From the NCBI GenBank assembly GCA_044229975.1, contig JBGARZ010000026.1:62728-126727 (forward strand): a DNA stretch of 64,000 nt. Direction: 5' to 3'. This DNA is from Polyangiales bacterium. GTDB taxonomy: Bacteria; Myxococcota_A; Polyangia; Polyangiales; Ga0077539. A program made the position numbers and the translations under genes. Shown piece by piece: positions 47,939-57,525 of this stretch; the first letter of the stretch is position 1; each line of letters starts with the position of its first letter. Under the pieces are notes generated by a model, which ran no database searches, was not told where the DNA came from, and worked only from the letters and a program-made list of their open reading frames with translations.

Positions 47939-48592
47939 TCAGCCCGGAGTGATGTTCCAGACCAGGTCGGTGGTGCCGAGGGGGCCGCTGAAGCGCAGGC
48001 TGAACGACCTCACCCGATCGTCGAGCACCTCGACCTCGCCCCGGTTGGGGCTCCGCAGGTACTTCGGAAACCGGATGCGGAAGGCCTGGCGCCACACCGT
48101 CGTGTACGGGAAGTAGGTTCGCTCGACCGCGCCGGGGCGGGTGATGGCGTCGATGGCCACCGGGGCGACCTCCTCGCGGCGATCGTTGACCAGCAGCACG
48201 CGCCACGCGCTCGCCGGACGGGTGAGCTCACCCCAGCGGCGGTTTTGCGTGTACAGCGCCACGTAGAACTCGTGCTCCTGCTGGGATGATTCGAGGCTGT
48301 GCTGGAGGAGGTCCTGCCGCTCCTGGGTGGAGAGCCGGAAGTCCTGCGCGTAGCGAACCACGTAGGCCCAGCGGAAGTCCCAGCTCTCGTACGTCGCCGT
48401 CACCGCGATGTGATCGTCGAGCCCCTGGAGCTGGTAGTGGTGGCCCTCGCGGGTCCACTCGCGCAGCACGTCTTCGTAGCTCTCGGCCGTGTACGCCCGC
48501 GGCCCCTGGCGCAGGCTCACCGACGCCGGGGTGCACGCCGCCGCCGCGACGACGACACCCAGCGCGAGCGCCCGGCGGGCCACGTCACTCAC
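47939..48592 (-). CDS. Hypothetical lipoprotein
   Basis: Lipobox AAAC; overlaps the pyrE stop; coding-like codon usage. Confidence 0.75.
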   Translation of the reverse strand: MSDVARRALALGVVVAAAACTPASVSLRQGPRAYTAESYEDVLREWTREGHHYQLQGLDDHIAVTATYESWDFRWAYVVRYAQDFRLSTQERQDLLQHSLESSQQEHEFYVALYTQNRRWGELTRPASAWRVLLVNDRREEVAPVAIDAITRPGAVERTYFPYTTVWRQAFRIRFPKYLRSPNRGEVEVLDDRVRSFSLRFSGPLGTTDLVWNITPG

Positions 48593-49151
48593 CCACGAAG
48601 TCCGCCCGGCTGAACACCGGGATCACCCGCAGACCCAGCGCTTCGAGCGCCGCGCGCCCGCCCTCGCGGCGGTCGACCAGCGACACCACCGCGAGCACCG
48701 TGTGCCCATCGGCCCGCAGCGCATCGACCGCGAGCCGCGACGACCCACCCGTGGTGAGCACGTCTTCGAGCAGCACCACCCGCAGCGACGCCGCCAGGGA
48801 GACGCGCCCCTCGATGCGCTGCGCCGTCCCGTGGTCTTTGGCCTCCTTGCGGACGTAGAGCGCGTCCCACCCCTTCCCGCCGCCCAGCGCCGAGGTGAGC
48901 GACACCGCGCTCGCCAGGGGACACCCGCCCAGCGCCACGCCCGCCACCGCGTCGAGCTCGCCCGCGAGACCCGACTCGCGGATGACGTCGCACAGCACCT
49001 CGCCCACCAGGCGATGACCCACCGCCGTGAGAATCACCTGCTTGCAGTCGATGAAGAAATCGCTCTCGCGCCCGGAGGCGAGGCGGAACGTTCCCTTCCT
49101 CCAGGCATCGTCGCGGAGTCGCTGGAGGAGCTGGCTGCGTGCGTCCGACAT
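48585..49151 (-). CDS. pyrE: Orotate phosphoribosyltransferase
   Basis: FRLASGRESDFFIDCK, VRKEAKDHG, PRPP loop VVLLEDVLTTGGS, VDRREG. Confidence 0.93.
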   Translation of the reverse strand: MSDARSQLLQRLRDDAWRKGTFRLASGRESDFFIDCKQVILTAVGHRLVGEVLCDVIRESGLAGELDAVAGVALGGCPLASAVSLTSALGGGKGWDALYVRKEAKDHGTAQRIEGRVSLAASLRVVLLEDVLTTGGSSRLAVDALRADGHTVLAVVSLVDRREGGRAALEALGLRVIPVFSRADFVGE

Positions 49152-49318
49152 ATACGGGCACCCTTCGTATCGCGCCTTGACCTGCGACAGCAAGCATCGC
49201 CGCCGCGGCCCACGAAAGGCGTGACGCGAGCGCGCGACAAGCAGAGACTGGCCAAGCTGCGGGGTCGTGCGCCCATCGGGTGAGCGTGGGCCGCGCGGGA
49301 AGGGAAGAGTCACCGGCC

Positions 49319-52300
49319 ATGTCCACGAGACCGATCGAGAAACCATCGCGACCCCGCGCACTCTGGGGCATCTGCCTCGGAGCGCTCCTGCTCTTCGGCT
49401 GTACCGACGGAGCGTCGGTGGTCGGAGGCCCGCCCGACGTCCTGGTCACCAACGACCTCGGCTTCGACGCGAGCGCCGACTCGGGCATGGACTCCGGCGT
49501 GGACGTCCCCGTCGACGTCGACCTGCAGGACGGCCCGCGCTGCGGTCCGGGCCAGCTCGTGTGCAACGGGATGTGCGTCTCGGCGACCGTCGACCCCGGC
49601 AACTGCGGCGCCTGCGGCACCCGCTGCGCCGACACCGAGCGCTGCGTCGACAGCGCGTGTCGCACCACCTGCCCCGGCGAGCAGATCGCGTGCCCCGAAG
49701 GCAGCGGCGGCGACGCGGGCGACGCGGGCGGCCGCGTGACCTGCGTGCTCCCGAGCACCGACCTCAACCACTGCGGCGGCTGCGGCCGACGCTGCGCCGC
49801 GGGTCAGGTGTGCTCCAACGGATCGTGCACCACCACCTGCGCCGAGCTGCTCACCACCTGCACGCGTGACGGCGCCTCGTACTGCGCGGACGTTCGTCGC
49901 GACCCGATGAACTGCGGCGCCTGCGGGACGGCCTGCGCCCCCGGGCAGACCTGCGACGCCATGCGCTGCGTGCTCACGTGCACCGCGGGCTTCACGGCCT
50001 GCACCACGGCGGCCGACGCGGGCGCCGACGCAGGCGGCCCCGGCTACTGCGCCGAGCTCCAGACCGACCGCAACAACTGCGGAACCTGCGGCGCCGCGTG
50101 TCCCTCCGGGCAGCTCTGCTCGGGCGGCACCTGCGTCGTGTCGTGCCCCGCGGGGCAGATGGCCTGCGGCGGTTCGTGCCGTGACCTCCAGACCGACCGC
50201 GGCCACTGCGGCGAGTGCGGGCGCGCGTGCGGCGAGGGCCAGGTGTGCTCGGCGGGCGCGTGCGTGACCTCGTGCGGGTCGGGCCAGTCGAGCTGCGGCG
50301 GTTCGTGTCGCGACCTCCAGAACGACCGCGCCAACTGCGGCGCCTGCGACACCGTCTGCGCGGCCGGTCAGGTGTGCACCGGCGGCGCGTGCCAGCTCTC
50401 GTGCGCGTCGGGTCTCTCCAACTGCTCGGGTTCGTGTCGCGACGTGCAGACCGACCGCGCCCACTGCGGCGCGTGCGGCAACGTCTGCGCGGCCGGCCAG
50501 GTGTGCTCGGCCGGGATGTGCGTGACCTCGTGCGGGCTCGGCTCCACCGACTGCTCGGGCTCGTGCCGCGACCTCCAGAACGACCGCGTCAACTGCGGCG
50601 CGTGCGGCGCCGTCTGCGGCGCGGGCCAGGTGTGCTCGGCCGGGATGTGCGTCGTGTCGTGCCCCGCGGGGCAGGTCGAGTGCGGCGGTTCGTGCCGCGA
50701 CACCCTGACCGACCGCGCCCACTGCGGGAGCTGCGGCAACCTCTGCCCGAGCGGGCAGGTGTGCGTCGCGGGCGGCTGCGTCGTGTCGTGCCCGAGCGGA
50801 CAGAACGTCTGCGCGGGCTCGTGCCGCGACCTCCAGGGTGATCGCGCCCACTGCGGCGCCTGCGGCAACGCATGCGGCGCGGGGCAGGTTTGCTCCGGCG
50901 GCATGTGCGTCACCTCCTGCGGCAGCGGCCTCGTGGACTGCGCGGGCTCGTGCCGCGACCTGCTCACCGACCGCGCCAACTGCGGCGGCTGCGGCACCGC
51001 TTGTGGTTCGGGTCAGGTGTGCGTCGGCGGCGCCTGCGTCGTGTCGTGCCCGACGGGGCAGAACGTCTGCACCGGCACCTGCCGTGACCTCCAGACCGAC
51101 CGCGCCAACTGCGGCGGCTGCGATCAGGCCTGCGCCTCCGGGCAGGTGTGCGTCGGCGGCGCCTGCGTCGTGTCGTGCCCCGCCGGACAGAACGTCTGCA
51201 CCGGCACCTGCCGCGACCTCCAGACCGACCGCGCCAACTGCGGCGCGTGCGGGACGGTGTGCGCCGCGGGCCAGGTCTGCTCGGCCGCGGCCTGCGTCGT
51301 GAGCTGCGTCGCCGGGCTCACCAACTGCACCGGCTCGTGCCGTGACCTCACCAGCGACCGCACCAACTGCGGCGCGTGCGGGACGGTCTGCGCCGCCGGT
51401 CAGGTCTGCTCGGGCAGCGCCTGCGTCACCTCGTGTGGCGCGGGCCTCACCAACTGCACCGGTTCGTGCCGCGACGTGCAGACCGACCGCGCCAACTGCG
51501 GCGCGTGCGGAACCGTCTGCGCCGCCGGTCAGGTCTGCTCGGCGGGCGCCTGCGTCGTGAGCTGCGCGTCGGGCCTGAGCAACTGCTCGGGCTCGTGCCG
51601 CGACCTCGACAGCGACCGCGCCAACTGCGGCGCGTGCGGGACGGCCTGCGCCGCCGGTCAGGTGTGCTCGTCGCGCGCCTGCGTCACCTCGTGTGGGGCG
51701 GGCCTCACCAACTGCACCGGCTCGTGTCGTGACCTCCAGAACGACCGCGCCAACTGCGGCACCTGCGGTCGCGCGTGCGCCTCGGGCGAGGCGTGCCTCG
51801 CGGGCGGCTGCGTGGTGTCGTGCCCGACGGGGCAGACCAACTGCGGCGGGTCGTGCGTGACGATCTCCAACGACAACACCAACTGCGGCATGTGCGGTCG
51901 CACCTGCCTCGCGGGCCAGGTGTGCTCGGCGGGCGCGTGCGTGACCACCTGCCTCGCCGGGCAGACCAACTGCTCCGGAACCTGCCGCGACCTGCTCACC
52001 GACCGGGCCAACTGCGGGGTGTGCGCGCGGGCGTGCGGCACGAGCCAGATCTGCGTGGCGGGCGCGTGCGTGACCTCGTGCGTCGCGGGCCAGACCACCT
52101 GCGCCTCGACCTGCGTGTCGACGGCGACGGACCCGGCCAACTGCGGCGGCTGCGGCGTCGTGTGCCCCGGGCGCACGAGCGCCACCACCGTCTGCGGCGC
52201 CAGCGCGTGCGGGTACATCTGCTCGGCGGGCTTCGCCGACTGCGACCTCGCGAGCGGCAACGGCTGCGAGGCGACGCTGGCGACCGACACCGCCAACTGC

Positions 52301-53629
52301 GGCACCTGCGGCAACCGCTGCGCGCCCGCCAACGGCACCGGGGTGTGCACCGCCGGGGTGTGCGGCATCGCGGCGTGCGCGACCGGCTTCGGCAACTGCA
52401 ACGCGACGGTCTCCGACGGCTGCGAGTCCAACACGCAGACCGACGCCAACAACTGCGGCGCGTGCGGGACGGTGTGCCCCGCGGGTTCGACCTGCACCGC
52501 GGGCCGCTGCGGCTTCGGCAACGGCAGCGGCGGAACGCTCAACCCGACCGGCACGCAGACCATCAACGTCATCCGCGCGAGCGTGGTGGGCACGGCGGGG
52601 TCGCCCATCACGACCATCAGCAACGTGACCGGCACCTTCGTCGCGGGTCAGGAGGTGGTGCTCCACCAGACGCAGTGCGACACCGGCGCGGGCACCTACG
52701 AGTTCGGGCGTGTGTCGGCCGTCGCGGGCACCACCGTGGTGCTCCAGAACGCGCTCGGCAGCAGCTACCGCACGGCGGGCGTCTGCCACGCGCAGATCGT
52801 CGTCGTCGCCGAGCACACCAACGTCACGGTGGCGGCCTCGGCCACGCTCACGGCGCCGGCCTGGGACGGCAACACGGGCGGCATCCTCGCGCTCGACGCG
52901 ACGGGTGACGTCAACGTCGCGGGGGCCATCACCATGGACGGGAGCGGGTTCCGCGGCCGCGGCCACGCGTGCATCTACCGGTGCGGGCGCGGCTTCCAGG
53001 GCGAGGGCACCCTCGGCCTCGGCGGCGCCAACATCGCGGCCAACCTCAACGGCGGCGGCGGCGGCGGCGCAGGCCAGGACGACGCGTCGGGCGCCGGCGG
53101 CGGCCACGCGGTCGCGGGCGGCAACGGCGGCGTCGGGACCTGCGGCGTGTGCAGCGAGGCGTGCCCCATCCCCGGCGGTCTCGCGGGCCTCGCGCAGGGG
53201 ACGGCCAACCTGCGGACGGTGGCGTTCTTCGGCGGCGCGGGCGGCGAAGGCGGCTCGGACGAAGACGGCGGCAACCCCGGCGCGGGCGGCGCGGGCGGCG
53301 GCGTGGTGATCATCCGCGCGAGCTCGCTGACGGTGACCACGGCGGGCGTCATCGCGTCGCGTGGCATCCTCGGCGCCAACGGCGCGAGCAGCGCGTGCGG
53401 CGGCGTCGGCTGCGGCATGGGCGGCGGCGGCGGCGGCGCGGGCGGCGCGGTGCGCCTTCAGGTGTCGGGCGTCGCGACCATCAACACCAACCGCGTTCCG
53501 GTGGCGGGCGGCGGCGGCGGCACGGCGACGTGCGGCTCGGCTTCGGGCGGCACGGGCAGCGTCGGACGCATCGGCATCCGCGCGGGCTCCGTGGTCGGCA
53601 CGACGTCGCCGACCTTCGACACGAACTGA
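49319..53629 (+). CDS. Large Cys-rich repeat (Stig1-like) lipoprotein with C-terminal Gly-rich adhesin-like domain
   Basis: Lipobox LFGC; 22 D-x2-[NH]CG-x-C units, mostly at a 43-aa period; C-terminal WDGNTGGILAL...GGGGG. Confidence 0.88.
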   Translation: MSTRPIEKPSRPRALWGICLGALLLFGCTDGASVVGGPPDVLVTNDLGFDASADSGMDSGVDVPVDVDLQDGPRCGPGQLVCNGMCVSATVDPGNCGACGTRCADTERCVDSACRTTCPGEQIACPEGSGGDAGDAGGRVTCVLPSTDLNHCGGCGRRCAAGQVCSNGSCTTTCAELLTTCTRDGASYCADVRRDPMNCGACGTACAPGQTCDAMRCVLTCTAGFTACTTAADAGADAGGPGYCAELQTDRNNCGTCGAACPSGQLCSGGTCVVSCPAGQMACGGSCRDLQTDRGHCGECGRACGEGQVCSAGACVTSCGSGQSSCGGSCRDLQNDRANCGACDTVCAAGQVCTGGACQLSCASGLSNCSGSCRDVQTDRAHCGACGNVCAAGQVCSAGMCVTSCGLGSTDCSGSCRDLQNDRVNCGACGAVCGAGQVCSAGMCVVSCPAGQVECGGSCRDTLTDRAHCGSCGNLCPSGQVCVAGGCVVSCPSGQNVCAGSCRDLQGDRAHCGACGNACGAGQVCSGGMCVTSCGSGLVDCAGSCRDLLTDRANCGGCGTACGSGQVCVGGACVVSCPTGQNVCTGTCRDLQTDRANCGGCDQACASGQVCVGGACVVSCPAGQNVCTGTCRDLQTDRANCGACGTVCAAGQVCSAAACVVSCVAGLTNCTGSCRDLTSDRTNCGACGTVCAAGQVCSGSACVTSCGAGLTNCTGSCRDVQTDRANCGACGTVCAAGQVCSAGACVVSCASGLSNCSGSCRDLDSDRANCGACGTACAAGQVCSSRACVTSCGAGLTNCTGSCRDLQNDRANCGTCGRACASGEACLAGGCVVSCPTGQTNCGGSCVTISNDNTNCGMCGRTCLAGQVCSAGACVTTCLAGQTNCSGTCRDLLTDRANCGVCARACGTSQICVAGACVTSCVAGQTTCASTCVSTATDPANCGGCGVVCPGRTSATTVCGASACGYICSAGFADCDLASGNGCEATLATDTANCGTCGNRCAPANGTGVCTAGVCGIAACATGFGNCNATVSDGCESNTQTDANNCGACGTVCPAGSTCTAGRCGFGNGSGGTLNPTGTQTINVIRASVVGTAGSPITTISNVTGTFVAGQEVVLHQTQCDTGAGTYEFGRVSAVAGTTVVLQNALGSSYRTAGVCHAQIVVVAEHTNVTVAASATLTAPAWDGNTGGILALDATGDVNVAGAITMDGSGFRGRGHACIYRCGRGFQGEGTLGLGGANIAANLNGGGGGGAGQDDASGAGGGHAVAGGNGGVGTCGVCSEACPIPGGLAGLAQGTANLRTVAFFGGAGGEGGSDEDGGNPGAGGAGGGVVIIRASSLTVTTAGVIASRGILGANGASSACGGVGCGMGGGGGGAGGAVRLQVSGVATINTNRVPVAGGGGGTATCGSASGGTGSVGRIGIRAGSVVGTTSPTFDTN

Positions 53630-53644
53630 AGTCCCACCACGCGG

Positions 53645-53686
53645 CGACGCCCGCGGCCTTCCTCTCGGAAGTGCCCGCGGGCGTCG
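53645..53686. terminator. Hairpin between convergent genes (possible bidirectional terminator)
   Basis: CGACGCCCGCGG / CCGCGGGCGTCG 12-bp stem plus inner CTTCC/GGAAG; no U-tract. Confidence 0.4.
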
Positions 53687-53714
53687 TCCCCTCCCCCGTC
53701 AGTCGTCGTTCAGA

Positions 53715-55556
53715 TCAGATCGTCGCGAAGGCCGCGTCGGGGATCTCCAGTGCGCTCGCGTCGCTGTCCCCGAGGATCTGCGCCTTGTGCAGCGCGCCCG
53801 GCAGGATGTTCTTCGCGTAGAAGACCGCCGAGTAGCGTCGGCCCGTGTAGAAGTCGCGGTCGGGGTGACCCTCGGCGACGCCTGCGAGCTTGTCCTCGGC
53901 GATGCGCGCGCCTTCGAGCAGCAGCCACGCGACCACCACCTCGCTCATCAGCTCCAGGAAGCGGTTGGCCACCAGCGGAACCATCTGGATCTGTCCGCCC
54001 TGGAACCACCCGAGCAGCCGCATCACCGCGCCGCCCAGCGCATCGAGCGCGTCGCCCAGGATCTTCACCGACTCACCGAGCGTCGGATGCGCGCGGTTGG
54101 CCTCGACGAAGGTCGAGATGTCCTGCTGGAGCTGCTGGGTGTGCATCCCGCCGTTCTGCCCGAGCTTGCGGCCCACGAGGTCCATCGCCTGGATGTGGTT
54201 GGTGCCCTCGTAGATGGAGAAGATCTTGGAGTCGCGGCAGTACTGTTCGACGGGGTAGTCCTTGGTGTAGCCCGCGCCGCCGAAGGTCTGGATCGCCAGC
54301 TCGCACACACGAAACGCCTGGTCGGACGAGTACGCCTTCACGAGCGGCGTGAGCAGCTCCACCTGGCCGTGGTGGTAGGCGGCCTTCTCGGGGTCGCTCT
54401 CGTGCAGCACCTTGGACCAGTCCTCGTGCACGGCGACCTTCAGCAGCAGGGCGCGCGAGCCCTCCACCTTGGCCTTCATCTCCAGCAGCATGCGCCGCAC
54501 ATCCGCGTGCTCGATGATCGAGGCGCGCGGGGCCGTCGGGTCCTTCCAGCGGGTGATGCTGGCGCCCTGCTTGCGGTCCTTCGCGTACTCCAGCGCGTTG
54601 AGGTACGCGGTGGAGCTGAGCGCAACGCCCTGCAGACCGACGCCGATGCGCGCGCCGTTCATCATCTTGAACATCTGCGGCATGCCGAGGTTTTCGACGC
54701 CGCCGACCAGCTCACCCTGGCACTTGCCGTTTTCGCCGAAGCTGAGCACGCAGGTGGACGAGCCGTTGATGCCCATCTTGTGTTCGAGCGACGTCACGGC
54801 GACGTCGTTCTCCTCGCCGAGCGATCCGTCCTCGTTGATGCGCACCCGCGGGACGATGAAGAGCGACAGGCCCTTGGTGCCGGGCGGCGCGCCGTCGATG
54901 CGCGCAAGCACCAGGTGCACGACGTTGTCGGTGAAGTCCTGATCGCCCGACGAGATGTAGATCTTGGTGCCGACGATGCTGAAGGTTCCGTCGGCGTTGC
55001 GGGTGGCGCGGGTGCTGGCCATCCCGACGTCGGAGCCCGCCTGCGGCTCGGTGAGGCACATGGTGCCGCCCCACCTGCCGTGGAAGATGTTTTCGAGGAT
55101 GCGCTTCTTCTGCGCCTCGGTGCCGCACTGCCCGATGAGCTCGGCGGCGCCAAACGCGAGGCCCGGGTACATGTTGAAGGCCGTGTTGGCGCCCGAGAGC
55201 ATCTCCTCGACGGGCACCACCACCGACTGCGGCGCGTTGAGCCCGCCGTACTCGGTCGGGACGCCGAGCAGCTTGATGCCGCGCTCATGGAGCTGGGTCC
55301 ACGCCTCCTTGAAGCCGGGGGCCGTGACGACCCGACCGTTTTCGAGGCGACAACCAACGCGGTCGCCGACGGAGTTGATCGGCCCGAGCACCTCGGTCAC
55401 GAACTCGTAGGTGCTGCGGAGCATCTCCTTCGCGTCGTCCTCGCCCATCTCGCTGTACGGGGCGCGACCCGAGAGATCCTGCACCCGAAACTGCTCGAAG
55501 AGGACGAAGTGGAGTTCGCGAAGGTCGGCCTTGTAACGGTTGATCGCCTGGGACAC
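53715..55556 (-). CDS. Acyl-CoA dehydrogenase (long DmdC/FadE5-like type)
   Basis: MCLTEPQAGSDV, GTKIYISSG, EHKMGINGS, MMNGARI, QTFGGAGY, IYEGTNHIQ. Confidence 0.93.
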   Translation of the reverse strand: MSQAINRYKADLRELHFVLFEQFRVQDLSGRAPYSEMGEDDAKEMLRSTYEFVTEVLGPINSVGDRVGCRLENGRVVTAPGFKEAWTQLHERGIKLLGVPTEYGGLNAPQSVVVPVEEMLSGANTAFNMYPGLAFGAAELIGQCGTEAQKKRILENIFHGRWGGTMCLTEPQAGSDVGMASTRATRNADGTFSIVGTKIYISSGDQDFTDNVVHLVLARIDGAPPGTKGLSLFIVPRVRINEDGSLGEENDVAVTSLEHKMGINGSSTCVLSFGENGKCQGELVGGVENLGMPQMFKMMNGARIGVGLQGVALSSTAYLNALEYAKDRKQGASITRWKDPTAPRASIIEHADVRRMLLEMKAKVEGSRALLLKVAVHEDWSKVLHESDPEKAAYHHGQVELLTPLVKAYSSDQAFRVCELAIQTFGGAGYTKDYPVEQYCRDSKIFSIYEGTNHIQAMDLVGRKLGQNGGMHTQQLQQDISTFVEANRAHPTLGESVKILGDALDALGGAVMRLLGWFQGGQIQMVPLVANRFLELMSEVVVAWLLLEGARIAEDKLAGVAEGHPDRDFYTGRRYSAVFYAKNILPGALHKAQILGDSDASALEIPDAAFATI

Positions 55557-55820
55557 TGGGTGCCTCCGTCGGGGGGTCTGAGGGGGTATCGGACGTGAAG
55601 GTTCGATGGTCGGCGAAGTCCGCGGGGCTCGGCGCGCGGGTTCACTGAATCGCGGTTCAGTCGTTAGACCCCGTCCCGCGGCGCGTCAAGCGTTTCGCCC
55701 CTGCTACGGGTTCGGCGCACGGGGTCTCCGGACCACTGTCATCGGCCCGGCGAGACGATGTACCGTCCGACCGACCGACCGCAGACCCGCGGTCGATGCC
55801 CGACAGGAGCAAACCCGACG

Positions 55821-57470
55821 ATGATGGCGCACGGCGGACGGCTGGTGGCGGAGGCCCTCTCTCGCGAGGGCGTGACCCACATCTTCACCCTCTGCGGAGG
55901 GCACATCCAGAACATCTACGACGGCTGCCTCGACGTGGGCATCCGCGTCGTCGACGTGCGCCACGAGCAGACCGCGGGTCACGCCGCCGACGGCTGGGCG
56001 CGCGTCACCGGCCAGCCCGGCGTGGTGGCCGTCACCGCGGGCCCCGGCGTCACCGACGTGGTGACCGCCCTCGCCAACGCCCAACGCGCGGGCGTCCCCA
56101 TGGTGTGCATCGGCGGCGCGGGCCCGGCCCTGCTCACCGACCGCGGCTCCCTCCAGGACATGAACCACCTGGACCTCATCAAGAGCATCTGCAAGGCGTC
56201 GTACCGCGTGCTGCACACCGACCGGCTCGCGGAGTACGTCTCCACGGCCTTCCGCGTGGCGCTCTCGGGCGTTCCGGGCCCGGTGTACCTGGAGATGCCG
56301 CTCGACATCCTCATGGGCTTCGCCGACGTCGAGGACTTCGCCGACCCGAAGACCTCGCGCACCCTCGCGCAGCCCGCCCCCGACCCGGTGGAGTTCGCCC
56401 GCGCCGTGGAGATCCTCGCCGCCGCCGAGCGCCCCGTCGCCATCATCGGCGGACAGCTCCACTGGAGCCGCGATCAGAAGTCCCTCCTCGATCTCCTTGA
56501 GCGCTTCCCCATGCCGACCTTCGTCAACGGCATGGCCCGCGGAACGCTCCCTCCCGACCATCCCTGCTTCTTCACCCGCGCCCGCCGCGCGGCCCTCGGC
56601 GCCGCCGACGTGGTGCTCATGTGCGGAACGCCCTTCGACTTCCGCGTCGACTACGGCCGCGCTCCGACGTGGTTGCCCGACACGAAGATCATCAAGGTCG
56701 ACCGCGACGCGACCACCATCGGCCACAACCGCGGCGTCGACGTGGGCCTCGTCGCCGACACGGGCACCGTGCTGCGCGCGCTCTCCGACGCCCTCCCCCA
56801 CTCGGCCGACCACCGCTCGGCGTGGATCGCCACCGTGCGCGTGAGCGAGGACAAGAGCCGCTCGAAGATGGCCGCCGAGATGGTGGTCGAGAGCGATCCG
56901 CCCAACCCCTTGCGGGTCTGCGCCGAGCTCGACAAGTACGTCGACGACGACACCATCGTCATCGGCGACGGCGGCGACTTCGTGGCGACCGCGGCCTACG
57001 TGCTGAGGGTGCGCCGTCCGGGGTTGTGGATGGATCCGGGCCCGCTCGGGACGCTCGGCGTGGGGCCGGGCTATGCGATGGCGGCGAAGCTCGCGCGGCC
57101 GAAGTCGCGGGTCATCGTGGTCTATGGCGACGGAGCCTTCGGGCTGCACACCATGGAGCTCGAAGCGATGGCGCGGCAGGGCATCCCCGTGATGTGCGTG
57201 ATCGGCAACGACGCCGGGTGGACGCAGATCCGCCGCGGGCAGGTGGAGTTCTTCGGCGAGGAGCGGGCCGTGGCGACGGGGCTCGCGTACACGCGCTACG
57301 AAGAGGTGGCGCGGGCGCTCGGCTGCCACGGCGAGTGGGTCGAGACGACGGCAGAACTCGGGCCGGCCTTCGACCGGGCGTTCCACGCGACGGACGTGCT
57401 CGGCAAGCCCGCGGTGGTCAACGTCAAGATCGCATCCAGCGAGTTCCGCAAGGGCTCCATCTCGGTCTGA
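55821..57470 (+). CDS. Thiamine-diphosphate enzyme, ILVBL/HACL2-like (2-hydroxyacyl-CoA lyase / AHAS-like)
   Basis: FTLCGGHI, VRHEQ, TAGPG, DGGDFV, DPGPLGTLGVG, ThDP motif GDGAFG..GND, C-terminus FRKGSISV. Confidence 0.85.
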   Translation: MMAHGGRLVAEALSREGVTHIFTLCGGHIQNIYDGCLDVGIRVVDVRHEQTAGHAADGWARVTGQPGVVAVTAGPGVTDVVTALANAQRAGVPMVCIGGAGPALLTDRGSLQDMNHLDLIKSICKASYRVLHTDRLAEYVSTAFRVALSGVPGPVYLEMPLDILMGFADVEDFADPKTSRTLAQPAPDPVEFARAVEILAAAERPVAIIGGQLHWSRDQKSLLDLLERFPMPTFVNGMARGTLPPDHPCFFTRARRAALGAADVVLMCGTPFDFRVDYGRAPTWLPDTKIIKVDRDATTIGHNRGVDVGLVADTGTVLRALSDALPHSADHRSAWIATVRVSEDKSRSKMAAEMVVESDPPNPLRVCAELDKYVDDDTIVIGDGGDFVATAAYVLRVRRPGLWMDPGPLGTLGVGPGYAMAAKLARPKSRVIVVYGDGAFGLHTMELEAMARQGIPVMCVIGNDAGWTQIRRGQVEFFGEERAVATGLAYTRYEEVARALGCHGEWVETTAELGPAFDRAFHATDVLGKPAVVNVKIASSEFRKGSISV

Positions 57471-57525
57471 TCGACCTTCGTCCGCGGTGAACCTGCCGCG
57501 CGTTCTGCCCTACACTCCACCGGCC

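Noticed and set aside
47540..48206. Small ORFs containing VCWVDTPPRPRRSSPC as a radical SAM precursor peptide
   Set aside because: The same peptide appears on both strands because of the palindrome; no RBS or leader/core structure.
49560..52510. Regularly spaced DNA repeats as a CRISPR array
   Set aside because: Repeats are in-frame, degenerate at third positions and coding; no unique spacers or cas genes.
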